Part shown: one piece after another, positions 36,791 to 52,174 of the stretch
Position numbering within the stretch: the stretch's first letter is position 1
Layout: each line of letters starts with the position of its first letter
Assembly: GCA_964016885.1 (NCBI GenBank)
Contig: OZ024743.1
Location: 153,326,001 to 153,390,000, forward strand
Direction: 5' to 3'
DNA length: 64,000 nt
Origin: Eledone cirrhosa
Taxonomy: Eukaryota
Program-made: the position numbers and the translations under genes
Notes under the pieces: generated by a model
What the model was told of the DNA's origin: nothing
Databases searched by the model: none
Seen by the model: the letters and a program-made list of their open reading frames with translations, nothing else

Positions 36791-39700
36791 CCATCACAAT
36801 CACTTCACTGTATAATGTATAAATATATATTAATTATCAATGTGTTGGAAGTGATTGGGTTTCAACTACAGACTTTTCACTTTATTGTCTGTTAATTTAT
36901 GTACTGCATATATTAGTTTTTGCTTTAGGCCGGTCCTGACTGAGCAGACTAATGATCAAAGACATTTTAGATGTGACCAATTCATCTATTTGTATATTAA
37001 TGCTATGTAAAAAAATTTTACTTTCATAATTTTATGACACTTTGATGTAATTTAAGGGAATTCAGCTGCTATTTCTGACAGGCCAACTGATTATCTAGAG
37101 TCTTCTGGCTTTTGCTGATTGGATACTTTCTGTTTGGCTACTCTGCATAATACTTACTAGCTAAATTCACTTCATTAATGCAGGTACAGCACAAGCATGT
37201 CACAAGTATAGAAGGGATGGAGATTGCTGATAAAGACATTATTAATGTTATGTGATACTTGAAGTGTTTGTTCCAGTTATTTCCCTTAGTTAACATTATT
37301 TCTTTTTTATAATGCAACTAATACAAGGAAAAAATTATTTGTAACATATTCTATCTATAGAAATGGTTTGAGTAACCTGTACTATGCTGATGTGGTTTAC
37401 TATAGTGAAACATGCCCATACTTGTTCTTTGTCTACACACTAATACCAGACTAAGCATGTACATTAACCTGAGAATTTAATTAATAATTTCTTATTTTGT
37501 GAGTGTCACTAATAATTGGTGATAGTTTTTTTTGTTTTCTTTCTGCACCTATGAGGGGAAATTCAATGAAGGCTTTTGTGTGCAGGACATTTGGTACATC
37601 AACTTTTAACTTATTTAGCCTCATCAGCATACAATTCCACAGAAAAAACCCCACAAAAACATCAAAACAATATGACAAAAGAAAAATGATGTCTAAATTT
37701 CATGTACAGGAAAGAGTTTAGAAGATATTCAGAGAATAATTGTAATTTATTTTCAGAAGGATCAATCAAGTGATTTAAATGATCTAATGGATTACCATAT
37801 TCATAAGATTCTTAAACCAATTTTGTACCAAACTGCCTAAACCAATCCCAGGTGTATTGATACGAATTTAATTGTTTTAAAATGTTTATATTTAATTTAA
37901 CCCCCCCCCCCCCCCCCCACATCATTATTTAATGTAAGAATCTTTAAGTTATGTTGCGAAAACCAGCTTAATAATGAGAAAGTTAATTATATTAATAAAT
38001 CTCTCCAAATTCTTGATTATTTTCAAAATGATTTGAAAATCCTAGACAGTATCTTTCCATAGAAATATGGTAATGAAAGGGTTAATAGATTGCCATTTGG
38101 ATTAGACTCTTTAATTTACCTTCCAGAGTTCATTGGTGTGAGGGGGAGATACTTATGTGTCTGTGGGGAAAATTTAATTAGAGTAGATTAGTGTTAAATC
38201 TAGGATGATAATTGTGTCAGATGGTGAGTATTAAAAAAAAGTTATCTAATTTCACTATAAATTCCTGTTATATATGAAAACTAGTTAAAAGATAATCATG
38301 TTCCAAACGTCAAACAGTATTGGTCCAAGGTCTACCCTGATAGAGCAGACCTATGCTTAAGGCATTCTAGCCAGAGACATATAGTATTACATTATTCAAT
38401 GTGCCTGCCCTTATATTTGATAGTAGGGTGTGGTTTCAGGGGGATTTGAGGTTTCAGGGGGATTTGATTGCTATTTCTCTTGTAGAACATTCTTTGTTGG
38501 ATCATAAATTAAAAATGCTTCATGGATCGGGCGTTTAAATCTTCAGCTTCCACAGCATTAAGCTGATGACAACCAGAATGAAGAATTAAACTTGGTTCTG
38601 TAAACTAATTTCACAGCAATGAATTATACCAACTTTGAAACATGTTGACAATGGGAATTGTAAATAGTTTCTCTACCTTCTAGAAACAGTAACCATATTT
38701 CCCCTGATTACACCCTACCATCTTAACCCTTTAATATCAACCTGCTTGGGACTACTCACATAATAGTTAATATTTAAATTCAAAATGCAGCCAGAATCTC
38801 ATTACTACATGAATAGTAATGAGATTTCTGCTCATCAACAATATCCATGATATGTAACAATATATAATTGTTCCTACTTTTAAAGTAACAATATATAATG
38901 TTAGATATTTTACTAAAACTGCTCCAAAATCTTGATTATATAAAATATAATCAAAACACATAGGTAGCTTGCTTATTATAAATATGTGTATGAAAGTATT
39001 AGATAAAGGATACATTTAATAAAGAATACATTGAATAAAGAATTCTCTAATGTACAAAGTTATCTGATGATTATCACTGAAATGTCTTTCTGAATAGGTC
39101 TACATAATCAGAATCAAACTAGAGCTAAACTACAACAATAACGACCAATTTAATTCTATTGAAAATGGTGGTGGTGTAATCAGTCATAGAGAGCTAAAAA
39201 CCTTTGTTATGAACTTGTTGGTGATATGAACTGATAATGCATTGGCTAGTTATTCAGTACTGAACTGATTCAGTCATCTGTTTTGTCGTTCATTGGAAAT
39301 ACTGAACTTATTTTTAAATATTTCTTTTCAAATTTAAGAAGTTGTTTATAAAGAATTTTGAGAATGGCCATTTTCTTGAAGTATACATGACAATTCTTGT
39401 ATATCTGGAAATAAATATATTTGTTTTCATGCCTCATATACTTGTATAGTCAGATGCATAAGATTATTAGCTTGAAATCAAACCTCTTATATTAAATCGT
39501 TAATATTGGTAATACTTTCATGTCTTTTCTGAACTACTGGAAGCCAATTGTCACAGCTGATGATTCAGGAGAGACATGAAAGAATTACAGGCATTACAGA
39601 TTTAACATGGCTGGTTACGTCTCATTCTAATAATACTTTGGTCAAAGCTTCAAAAACATCAGAGAAAATGTAGATTACACATGTGTCTTAAATCCATTAT

Positions 39701-40078
39701 CTATCAGAAGTCAAGATATATAGGTTTTATTTGTCATTGTATGCAGCTAACTGAAAAATGGGCTGATGTACCAGATGGCCAGTTCATAGATTGTTGTGAA
39801 TGCATATTCCAAAGTAGCTATTGCATTTTAAAGCAAATCTATTAACATAAATTGACTTGTATAAACTTAATTTAATTCATATGTTGTTGTTGTTATTGTT
39901 ATTTAACCAGAGGAAGAGACAACACATAACACATTCAGACAGTTTGAATCGAAGCAGACTGCTATAGTTTGAAGCTATCACATGCTTTATGGAATGAAAC
40001 TTTCATATACTCAGATGTGTGAGTGACTGAATTGGTGGAAACAAGTTGCATGCCTTACAGTGTAACTTTAGTAATATA

Positions 40079-40648
40079 CTAGCAGAATGACCCGGCGTTG
40101 CCCGGGCTTCTAAACATAGATAGGCATGTTTATCCCTCCTTTCTGAAACAGTTTCGTCGTATGTTCATCAATTGATGCAGAAGTCCTAATAAAAAGTGAA
40201 GTTGCCTTGGGTGAATAGGCAAATAATTTGCCATTAAGACTTTTCAAAAGCATGTAATTGCGTTCCCTCGCTTTTTTGTTGTTGTTTTTGCTGCTGTTGG
40301 TGTGACAGCAGCCGTTGGTCGTACTACTAACACAGTCTCGTCCTTCTTCAGCCAATCGTGTATATCCCCTTCTGCCTCGTCAGCAATGAGAACACTATTT
40401 GCTCTAGGGTTCTTATATATTTGATATATATTTATCCTTATCGAGCCTCGTGAGATAAATGCGTTTGTTTACATTTTGTTATTGTGTATGCAAAAATATC
40501 TGTACACGAATATATAATTATATATATTAAAATAACAGATTAAGAATCGCTGCTTTCACCCTTAACGGGATATTCTGAAACTAAAAAAATCAATCTGTGA
40601 ACGCAGGAGTAAATATTTCGAAAAACGTTACACTATATATACATATAC

Positions 40649-40690
<42 letters not shown>

Positions 40691-40983
40691 TAGCGTCATT
40701 ATGATGCAGACACAGACATACAGACATATATTATAAGGGTACAACGTTATATCTATGTATCTATCTAAAAAGACAGACTAAGAGAGAGAGAGAGAGATCG
40801 CTTTTTCGCCTAATGCGGTCCCTAGGGCATTGAAAATTTGAAATATCTTTTGCTCAAAACACTCACAGGACCATAAGTATTACATGTGTAAAGTTAAAAA
40901 AAAATCGGTTGGGCGGTTCTCGAGTGTTAGGGAGTCAGACAGACAGACAGACAGACACACATTCTCTGTTTTAGATAAATAGA
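40079..40983 (-). mobile_element. Non-autonomous Helitron with (GACA)n near the 5' end
   Basis: Minus strand starts a|TCTATT and ends with hairpin cccgggcaacgccggg followed by CTAG|t. Confidence 0.75.
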
Positions 40984-41027
40984 TATTGAAACAAATCAGA
41001 CCAAAATATAAATATTTTAAATATATA

Positions 41028-41145
41028 ATAATTGTTTGTACTTTAGGCACAAGGCCAGCAATTACCCAGTGCAATACTGGTACTTTATTTTATCGACCCC
41101 GTAAGGATGAAAGGCAAAGTCAACCACGGCGGGATTTGAACTCAG
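41028..41145 (-). mobile_element. SINE family A fragment
   Basis: Reverse complement of the Nin-like core and tail. Confidence 0.85.
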
Positions 41146-41340
41146 ATCGTAAAGGGAAATATATAATAATGAAATATGGTAATAACCATAAACAAATCAT
41201 AACTGATCCAAGTTTACTATGATTAAAAGGCGACAAAAAATTTCCTGGTAATACTGCGACAATTTAGCTAATGAGAGAGTCTTTCTGGGCTGCTCAAACG
41301 GCTAGAAATAGATGAATCCCTTTCAAATTACACTTAATCA

Positions 41341-41514
41341 TCTATATATAATATAAAAGAAAGATGTTTCTTGGCTGGTTGGTTTAATCACACGAAAGTT
41401 ACACAGACACGTACATACACACACATGTACATACACACATACATCTAAAGAGAGAGAGAGACACAGAGGGAGAGGCAGAGAGAGAGAGAGAGATATATAG
41501 ATAGATAGAGAGAA

Positions 41515-41588
<74 letters not shown>

Positions 41589-41814
41589 TGTTATACAGAG
41601 AGATATACAATTAAAGTGCTAGAGATTCATATATATATATAGAGAGAGAGAGGGGGAATGGCAACGAACGGTGGTTTTTACACACACACACACATATACA
41701 TATATATATATATATAAATATATAGAGACATAGACAGAGAGACAGATCTGCATGTTCTTGATTGTTTTGCGGGCAACATCTCTAATGCCAATGAGTGAGT
41801 CAGAGGGGGGAGAA

Positions 41815-41848
<34 letters not shown>

Positions 41849-43171
41849 TGAAAGAAACAGACATAGAGACTAAAAGAGAGAATGAGTTACAGAGGGTGAG
41901 AGAGAATGTGTGTGTGTGACAGAGAGAGGGAGAGAGAGAGAGAAACACAGAACTGTGTGAGACAACTCTGTACTATACAGAAAAGGGGGGGGGGCGAAAG
42001 TAACTATTAGCAGAGAAAGTAAAAGAGAGATGCTGTATGTTTGTTTTGTGTGCATGTTTGTGTGCATCAGTGTAGATGTGTGTGTGTGTGTGTGTGGCAT
42101 CTCACAATAGATCAAAGTATCAGCTGAAGGTTCATCGTTTTACACCAGTCATTGAAAGTTAGGTGATACTAATTACAACACAAACCTATTTTACAGAACA
42201 CAGAAAAAATTGATACTATTTGAAATTAATCTATGGTGTATATTAATTTAGCTTTTTGAGGATAGTGTCATGTTATTTCGCAAAACAGCTAATTACAATG
42301 GGTGATGGTAATCTGCAACAAGATGAAAATGGAGAAGTCAGCCTTACATTTGGAAATATCTGTAATACAACAAATGAACTAATTGATCAAGTATTTCCAA
42401 ATGTTGCCTCAAATTATATCAATCAATCATGGCTGTTTGAGTGAGGAATTTTAGCGCCAAAAAATAATATGGTAAATCAGATCAACCAATGCCTACTGGA
42501 TAGGCTCCCAGGGGAGGTCCATACATATGTCTCCATTGACAAGATTGAAAAGGATGACAAAGCTGTTAATTATCCTGCAGAGTTCCTTAATAGTTTGGAA
42601 CTACTTTGACTTCCTCCACACAAATCAATGCTAAAGATTGGAACTCCCATCATCCATTTGAGAAACCTGGACCCACCACGTCTATGTAATGGCACATGCT
42701 TACCAGTGGGGCAGATGATGAAACATCTCCTAGAGGTCACTATTCTTGGAGGCAATCATTAAGGCGAAAATGCATTTATTCCAAAGATTCCACTTATACC
42801 TTCCTCTACCGAGCTGCCATTCAAATTCCCAATGCTTCAGTTCCCTGTTAGAGCCAGTTTTGCTAAGACCATAAATAAAGCTTAGGCTCAGAGTCTCAAA
42901 GTTGTAGGATTGAATCTGAGAGAATCAGCTTTTACCCATTGACAATTATATATAGGTTGTTCACATGTGGGAATTGTCATATGCTATGCACGAATGCTAA
43001 AACAAAGAATCTGGTGTATCTGGAAGTTTAACAGATTTTATTTTGTCACCCACACGCCATGGTCTTGCCTCATACTTTAAATCAGACAATGCATCCAATA
43101 CAGTCGTTTTCTTTTCTACCTGTCTTCTCTTATCAACTGTTCACCTGGGCAAAGGTGGGTACCTCATCTAG
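41341..43171 (+). mobile_element. Internally deleted Helitron with PIF1-helicase C-terminal remnant (42256-43030)
   Basis: a|TCTATATATA start; ILAPKN, YPAEFLNSL, LRNLDPPRLCNGT, QFPVRASFAKTINKA; imperfect hairpin + CTAG|t at 43142-43172. Linking the 5' end to this 3' end is inferred. Confidence 0.8.
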
Positions 43172-45059
43172 TCTTAAATAAACAAAGAACACGTTGGGTT
43201 ATGTAGTCATAGATAAACGTAGAAAGACAGAACGGTCAACCAGAGTGATTTCTTTCATGTGTCTGATTGATAAGGATTGACCTGGAATTATAGGACAATA
43301 GTTACAATGGTGTTTAGTGTTGGGTCAGGGAATTATGGTTAGTACTTATGAACCTTTATTTTTTTCATGGTCTTCAAGACTGATGGGGAGCTGGAAGGAA
43401 CTTATTTTCCTCAAACTGAAGGCATGACCCAAAATCTTGCAATGTAGTGGACCAGGCGATGGTGTTAAATGGGTGATTAATTAAATACACCAATGAAGTG
43501 GGTTAGAAACAAATACCATATATTAACCTCATCTGATGCTCTAACAATTTCACCAATCCCTTACAGATATTTTATTTTGTCCAAAAGTAGAAGAATGTTA
43601 AGTGAGCACTATAAGAACTGAAACATTCTATGCATATTTTCTTCTGCAATAGGTTCAGAATTCATAAATGTAGAAGAATAGCTTTGAACAATATTTGATG
43701 AAGTGGCAGTAGATTGGTAGAATCAGAAAAGTGACTGAAATTTGATTTGTGATATGTTATTACAACTCTTTATGATTTTAGTTTGAATCCTTCTAACATA
43801 TTGCCTTTTACCCACTGTCGGTGAAATAGAGTACCAGTCAAGTGCTAGGGTTAATTATACGCCTCCTCTCACTAGTTCACTTGTGCTTTTGTAGCTATGT
43901 TAAAAATCAATGACATTAGAAGCATAAAACATTCTTAATGTTATGTTATTTACTGAGTGTTATTTTTATATCACTACTAAAAAATAAGAACTACATTTTT
44001 GATGATTTTTATGACTAAGTTATGACTACTTGTGGAGGATTGTGACAGTAATGCATGGAATGAGGCATCAATTTATTTTAGCCAATGGGAGGACCGTTAT
44101 ATAGTTACTTTGGCTGCTATAAATAACAGCTAAACTTCCTCGAGATCGTATACTAGACTCTTAAAATAGGAAGAACACACTAGACATCATACTTCAAGAT
44201 ATTTACAAAGAAATGGGATGGTGATGGCTGAAGCACCTTTAAGCTCAATTAGGAAAGACCTGTATTTAAACATTAACTTCTTTTTCACTAAAATGGTATC
44301 AAATGAATATATCTGCCTGCTTTAAGATTATACCCTACTTAAATACAAAGGTTATGTTGAGCACACAAACTATCGAAATCACATGAAGAAGTAATATGTT
44401 AAAGTAATTCAGAATCCCTAAATATAAATTAGAATAAAGCAATTGAGTTACAAAGCCTCAGGAAATCTGCAAACATGTAAAGTAAAACATTCTATTTAAT
44501 GTTTGTACATTTGTATATTTGTTCTATGGTTGAAGTCCCTATTTTAAGCACTGCCTTTGGCTAACTCATCCGACTTCACAGATTAGTAATAACCATTTCC
44601 AAATACTATATGTTAAAAAAAAAGGAAAATTCTCCAAAATTGAAAAATCTTGAAAAATCTTGAAAAATCTGATGAAATTTATGAGTTAGGGAGTATATCA
44701 CCCATAGATCTAATTACACATACTGTAGCACATGCACACATACACACTCACAGCCAGTTCCATCTATATTATGAGCATATAACGTTTCATCACCTTATAA
44801 CTAAAACCTAGCTAAACTACGTGCATCTTTATTAGTGTAGATGCATGAATTATTGTTTGAGATTATATAATCCATTATTTCTTCACTTCTGTTTAAAGCA
44901 AGTGTTCATAAATTATATCCTGTCCATGCTGTAAAGTATTTACTGATAGGAATGTTAGCCTGCAAGTAAAACCATGTAAATATCAAAATCATGAATATAC
45001 ATTTAGGCGAAGACAGCTTATAAGCACAAACATGACCGAATGGCTAAAACCACCCCAAA

Positions 45060-45775
45060 ACAGAAAATGTGCAGTTACAAGGAAAATAATAATTATAAAA
45101 ACATAATAAAAGAGAATGCATTAGAAATATATAAACTGGTTTTATTAATTTAATTACCTTAAAGATGAGATGATTTGTGCACAAGGAAGACGATGGAGTG
45201 GGGAGGAGGAAAATACCCTTCCATTAAGACATCAGGAAGAACAATTTCTGGTGGTCTCTCTCTCACTTAGAAACATATCAAGAAAAGTCTTGCTTTTTCC
45301 TGCTTTTCAAAATGTGCCAGAGCATGTCATTAAATAAAGCAGCTGCACTACCTGTAGATACTTTTTCAGGATGATATTTTTCTCGAAATTTAGAAATATT
45401 CTGCCACTTTGCCAACACTGCCATTATGTCACTCATAGAGATAGCCATCTCCGCTACAATGTCCTCCACCAGGGAACCAATCTCTTCCATTAATCATTAT
45501 AAAATAATAGCAAAAATGCATAATACTAAAAACAAAAGACTGGATAATCACAATAGGGATGCTGCCACAATGAGATAAACACGTGAACTGAGCGGCCAGA
45601 GGCTGCACTTGTTGGGAGAGCGTGTGCGAGCTCAGCACCAACTAGTGGTCGCTTGTATGAAACTCGCACGTACTGTGGATCTCCACTTGTACAACAAGAC
45701 AAAAATTTGCATGAGCCTCAGCTCGTACAGCAAATTACTCGTACAATGGGGCACTCACACTGCAAGGTTCTACTG
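45060..45775 (-). mobile_element. Tigger/pogo-like DNA transposon remnant
   Basis: KFREKYHPEKVSTGSAAALFND..ILKSRKKQ; terminal cagtagaaccttg on the minus strand at 45763-45775. Confidence 0.6.
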
Positions 45776-45932
45776 TGTATATATATATATATACCCTCAC
45801 ATGTATACTCATACATGTTTCTCCAAAATGGGGGACTGAGTATGCATGAGTGTTTTTTTCTCAATTTTTGTTTTCTGTTGCTTCCTCTTCTCCCTCCCTA
45901 TCTTTCTATTTAATTTTTTATTTCTTATTCTA

Positions 45933-45968
45933 TCTTCTGATGAAGGAAAGTGTCTGAAATGTTAAGAC
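45933..45968 (+). ncRNA. Degenerate minimal hammerhead motif
   Basis: tctt CTGATGA agga-aagtg-tct GAAA tgtt aaga. Confidence 0.4.
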
Positions 45969-46927
45969 TCTTTTCCTATTATTTCAACTAATATATTTCT
46001 TCATTGTTCTATGTTGTTTGCTTTGTTGTTTCTGGTTACTTTTTACACACGCACATACACACATATATATACATGTGTCTATATGTGTAAGTATAATAAT
46101 GTTTGTGTGTGTGTATGGTCACTTTCCACCTATAAATATTAACTGCTCCAAAAAAAAACATTTTACTTCTGCAAGTATAGGAAATCTAAATAATAATTGG
46201 AAACAATGTCTATGGAGACATGACAAATAAATCTACTTCAACTGTACCAAAATCATACATATCAAGGAATAAACATATACAACACTACAAACTTTCTACT
46301 CATCAACAACTTATAACTAAAACCTTCACACACTTTATGAATGCTAGAGTTCACAAAGTTTGATAATCATTCATAGTATCCAACTCATATCAATATCTTA
46401 AACAAAATTGCAAGTTAAAGACTACGAATATTTTTCAAAACGTTAAACTACACCTGTTCTAAAAGCTGTTAACTCTATAAAAAACGATATGTCAAACTCT
46501 TGAGTTTTACCTAATAGTATGGGGATGAATCAATTATTTTTCTAGGTTCTCTCCCTTGATTTTTTTTTTCAATCCCGAATTTGCCGTTTAGTTTACATAT
46601 TGAGACCCCCAACCCATCCTATTTATTTTATAACGTATGGGATTTCTTGAATTTTTTAATTTTTTATCGTGTATAATGTTTTTTAATGTCGAAAGAATAT
46701 TAATTAGCAACATTTAATAAGCAAGGAGGTTGGAAAAAATCTGAAAAATTAATGAATGGGAGGGAGGAACGATTATTTGAGACCTGAAAATGGAACAGTT
46801 CCTACACACATACAAACCTCCTAGGCTCTATGACTGATTGAGAAGTTATCACTCATCAACATACTACAATCACTTGTATTTCTATGCAATGTATCTTCTA
46901 TCTGTCTCTTCACACATTATTATAGCC

Positions 46928-47077
46928 TTTCCAGCATAGTTACGTCCCTTTATGATCTGAGTTCAAATCCCGCCGAGGTTGACTTTGCCTTTCATCCTTA
47001 CAGGGTCGATAAAATAATGTACCAGTAATACACTGGGTAATTGCTGGCCTTGTGCCTAAAGTAGAAACAATTATTAT
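46928..47077 (+). mobile_element. SINE family A copy
   Basis: Same core and tail as 27501-27692. Confidence 0.88.
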
Positions 47078-48284
47078 AACCTTTTATACTACTCTAAACA
47101 AGAACATTCTATACTTCCCACCCCACTAGCATAACCACCACTGTCACCTGTGCCACAGCTTCTACCCTACCACCACAAATCCTCTTGATTCACACTCTTC
47201 TCTGCTCCTCCCATATTTCCCCTTTAAAATTATTTACAGAACTCTGTAACTGTAACTCTCTTGAAATGTATACTACCGCTTCAACATTTCTTTACAGGCA
47301 TTAGCCTTTTCAAATATAACTAACTCAACATCATTTCCATGTATAACACCTGTTTGGTAGGACTAGCAGATGTTATAATTACTGTCTCCCCACTCATGAT
47401 GAACCTGCTATATAATTTGGTTATCACATACACATATACAAAATCTACCTGCTTCCAGTATGGAGAAGTATTTCAGAAAATACAATAAATATATACATAT
47501 GATAATATCATTATCCTTCTTATCATCCTTATCATTAGTATGATAATGTTGGGATCATGCTAATGATGCTCATCATCACCGTCTCCAGCATGATGACAAA
47601 CATCATCACAATCATCATCCTCAACATTTTAATGTTCACGTATTCGTCCCATGTATGTATTGTCTAAATCTGTAATTTTCTCATCAATGAAGCTTCATAT
47701 CCTGATATCTGATTTTACTCCTTCTTTGCCTATCATTTTCTTTTTCATATACACTTTCTGATAATATCTGACACAGTTTAATGTACCACAAATCCTGCAG
47801 TTACATAAAGTGCTCATGTACTGTTATCTCTCTTGTAGTATTCTTTTATTTCATGTGCAAACTTCTGGAATATTAAATGTCATCATTACTACTCAGCCAC
47901 ATTTATCGGTCAGTCATACTCTTCCTTGATGCAACTAAAAATAATACATTCAAGAGATAATGCTCTTCCCATTTTTTCCAACAAACATTATAACCAGGCA
48001 GTATTACACTTATTTATGCTTTACATAGTTTACCTTTGGGATGAAAGTAGAAAGTCTATTTTGTCATGTAGTTTTTAAATTGGTCCAAGCTGTATATTTC
48101 ATTGGATCATTCATGTTAAAGTTCTCTGGTTTTATTGGACAATTTTGGTAGCAGGGTGGATAAAAAAGGGTTTTAGTAGCCACTCATTGGACACTCCTCT
48201 GTTTCTTAAAGGAACGTGACACTGAATTTTATATCATGACAGTGCAGTGTAACTTAATCTGAAAGAGAGAATATATATATATAT

Positions 48285-48960
48285 ATTAAAATAGAATCGC
48301 TCCGTTCACCCTTAATGGGATCTTCTGAAACTAAACAAAATCAATCTGTGAACGCAGAAGTAAATATTTCAAAAAACGTTTGCAACCGAAGGAAAACAGA
48401 AAGACCATACTTTGGTATGTGAAGACGTTCCCTGGCAAAGAACGGAAAAAAGCGAAGATAATACGTCGTTATGTGGAGTGGTGAGAACAATTACACGCAA
48501 AGACAAAACTACGTTTATGAATAAATGGAGTCATTAGACTACTATTCTAATTAGGAAACCGAATGATTCTCGGCTTCGGAGATAAGAATAATGTAAATAA
48601 ATTAGTTGAACGAAAATGACAGAGTTTATTAAAATCATAAAGGTAATGATTAAATATATATATATACACACATCTATATACGTACATACATGTGCATATG
48701 TGAAAACACATGCACGTATACATAAACATGCGCACACATACGTAAACCGGCGTGATGCATATACCCACACACATACAAATGTTTACACCAAATACACATA
48801 TAAATATGTGTGTGTGTATACATATAATTATATATACATATATAAATATAGACGCATAAATGCGTATATAACACACACACATACTTACAGGTAAATACAC
48901 ATACGTTCACCAAACGTTCATATATGTACACGTATACACACTATACGTACGTGCAATCAC
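48285..48960 (-). mobile_element. Solo 3' fragment (pseudo-LTR) related to the PLE at 22641-26730
   Basis: cacccttaatgggatcttctgaaact...ggaaaccgaatgattctcggcttc homology; abuts (TA)n. Confidence 0.85.
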
Positions 48961-51216
48961 ACATACACACTCATACATACCCATATATACACATATACGA
49001 ACATACATATATGTGTGTATAAAAGGAGAGCAAGAGAGAAAGTGAGTTAGTGACATAGATAAAGCATGAGAGATGAATTGCATCCTATTTAAGACTTGTA
49101 TTTTATTTATCAAACTTTGAAACATGAAACATAAAAGGCAGAGTTGACCAACAAGATTTGAACTTAGAAGGCAAATGTCCTGAACAATTACCACAAAAAA
49201 ATTTTACGAATCAACCATCTTTGTTTTGCCATACTGACCTTATAATATATTGCCAAATTAAATCTAGCATCGTATAGAGATATCTCCATCATCATCTGGT
49301 GGACTTTTGCTTTTCAATGATCATCACTACAGTTTTCATAGAGCTAGAATACTGGAAACCTATACCAATAATCTGTAGCTTTTATGAATTTCAGTGAAAG
49401 CAATTTTGTTGCCTGCTTATGGGATCCATTACTATCTAAACTTTTATATCAGAGGTTCCCAATAAACCACAGTGACCTATTTTCTATCAAATCTAGTGTT
49501 CCTAAAGGTTTGGGTTTTTTTTTCACAGTCTTCTGTTTAATAAAGATCTTGCAGTTTCTTCTTATGAGATATGCTCTTTACACATGTATAATTCATACAT
49601 AACCTAGACATCCCACTCTCATATGTATTGCTTCAATAAGCAGAGACTTCAAAAATATTCTTCAATAGAAACATGATAACCTAGTCTCTCTTTCAATAGT
49701 ACCATGACGAAATCATAACATAGATAATGGGCTGGCAAACACTTTGGGTAATAAGCCGGCTTAGAAATGTTTTCTTCTTGTGGGCCAAGGAGAATAAAAG
49801 ATGAAGCCATGATCATACAAGGCTATGGAACAGCTTCTTTTTTAATTACTTTAATATTTTTCATTACAGGTGTTTAATTGACAAATATTTTTCATTACAA
49901 ATATTTTTCATTACAGGTGTTTAATTGACAAATATTTTTCACCAGTGACAATGAATAAAACCAGAAAAAGCAGGAATTACTTAATATTAAAAACACAGTT
50001 TAATTATGTTAATAAAAAAAATATTTCTTTTGCTAAACCACTGCAGGCTCAGAAATTCAACACTATGTATATGAATGAATTTGAACAGTGAAAATAACAC
50101 AATACTAGAGTTATAACAAGTCATAAGAACATAGTAGGCGAAAATAAATAACTAACAGACACAATTAGTGTTATTTAAAGTAATTCAAAACAAATGTTTA
50201 GTTTCAGTATGTTTTTTTTAAATGACATGAAACATTGCTTCTTTCGAGACTGCTACAAAAATGAGAATTATGTGATACATAAGTTTATAGTTAGATGACA
50301 ATAGATTGATAAGGAAAACAAAGAATTTTGTATGCAATCTCACATATTCAATAAAGTCTCTGGGGCAGGTGAAATGAAACTATGTGACAAAGACTCCCAG
50401 TCACTCACAGAAATCAAAGTAACAGACATACACTACCATTATCCCATTCAGGAATAATACACAAATGTTAACCCTACACATATACAACATTTTGAATCTG
50501 CATTCCAAAGCATAGACTTCTCTTCTCAAAACAGAAATATAAAATACACTGGAGTATTGCCCATACATTTGGGATATACTTTCTGCTGCAAGCACAAACA
50601 ACTTAGACTGTAATTAGCTATTCAATTGATAGGTAAACATGAACTCCTCAGCTTGCCATAAACACAATTATACATTATTGGCTTTTCTATTGTTTCTACA
50701 TAACAAAACTGTTCTTAATCTTCTGAATTAACAAACTACCTACTATCTCTTCCTAAAACACCTGATACCTATACAAGATATCCTTACATTATCTGCATTA
50801 TGTCACATACTCAAAACACACATTAAAACTTTCCAAATCATGTATTTTTTTTCCAGAACCAAAGTATCCTGTATTTCTCACCAAACCTGATTCACTTATA
50901 TTCTTTAGGTCTTAATCTATATTGTCATATGAATGCCTATGTGGTTACAATGTTTGCTTCACAACTACATAGATTTGGGTTCAGTCCCACTGTGTGTGAC
51001 CTTGGGCAAATGTCGTTGTAGAGTTTCAGGTTGACCAGATCTCAGATCAGATGATAACATCCTCCCTTTCTCCTACTTGACATAGAGGCCCTGAAACGAA
51101 AGGTTTTGTGTGTGCCGCCCTTCTTCCTTTGACCGAGCGATAAAAAAATAAATCATCAAGTTTAACATCAATCATAATAACAGGACTTGTCTGAGAGGAT
51201 CTGCAAAACATACATT

Positions 51217-51562
51217 ATCATCATCATCATCATCATCATTTTACGTCCACTTTTCCCTGCTTGCAAGGGTGGGACGGGAACTGATTCTGGCTTGATTTCT
51301 ACAGCTGGATGCCCTTCCTAACACCAACCTCATTTACAGTGAGTGCTGGGTGCTTTTTTTCTGTGGCACCTCCACAACCACTTTGCAGTGGAATGATAGG
51401 GACCCCAGTCCCTATCACCTCATTTCTACAGCTGAGTAAACTGGAGCAATGTGAAATAAAGTGTCTTGCTCAAGGAAACAACACATCACTCGGTCTGAGA
51501 ATTGAACTCACAACCTTTCGATTGCAGGGCCGATGCTCTAACCACTAAGCCATGTGCCTCCA
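51217..51562 (-). mobile_element. tRNA-derived SINE family B
   Basis: Reverse-complement close copy of 6435-6797. Confidence 0.88.
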
Positions 51563-51614
51563 TATATATATTATATAAACTCATTAAAAGCAAATAAACA
51601 AATGTGTAACACGT

Positions 51615-51627
51615 GTATGTATATGTG

Positions 51628-51700
<73 letters not shown>

Positions 51701-51718
51701 ATACATATATATATATAC

Positions 51719-51749
<31 letters not shown>

Positions 51750-51838
51750 CACATATATATATATATACATATATATATATACATATATATATATAAACAT
51801 ATATATATATATATACACATATATATATATATATACAC

Positions 51839-51914
<76 letters not shown>

Positions 51915-51960
51915 GTATATACATATATATATATATACATATGTATATATATATATATAC

Positions 51961-52008
<48 letters not shown>

Positions 52009-52087
52009 GTATATATATATATATATATACATATGTATATATATATACATATGTATATATATATACATATGTATATATATATACATA
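51615..52087. repeat. (TA)n-type microsatellite
   Basis: Direct reading. Confidence 0.99.
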
Positions 52088-52136
52088 TTAAGAGAGTAAA
52101 ACAAAGAATCCTTTAATACATCAAAAGTTTTTATTA

Positions 52137-52174
52137 GCCGACAATGTTTCGTGCTATTAAGGACTCATCAGGGC
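52137..52174 (-). ncRNA. Minimal type I hammerhead
   Basis: gcc CTGATGA gtcct-taat-agcac GAAA c-att-GTC ggc, then aataaa. Confidence 0.75.

Noticed and set aside
49000-49750. Possible very old LINE RT remnant on the minus strand
   Set aside because: Only faint motif resemblance; would need a translated search
49855-49942. Short direct duplication (ttcattacaggtgtttaattgacaaatattttt twice)
   Set aside because: Ordinary slippage duplication with no further structure
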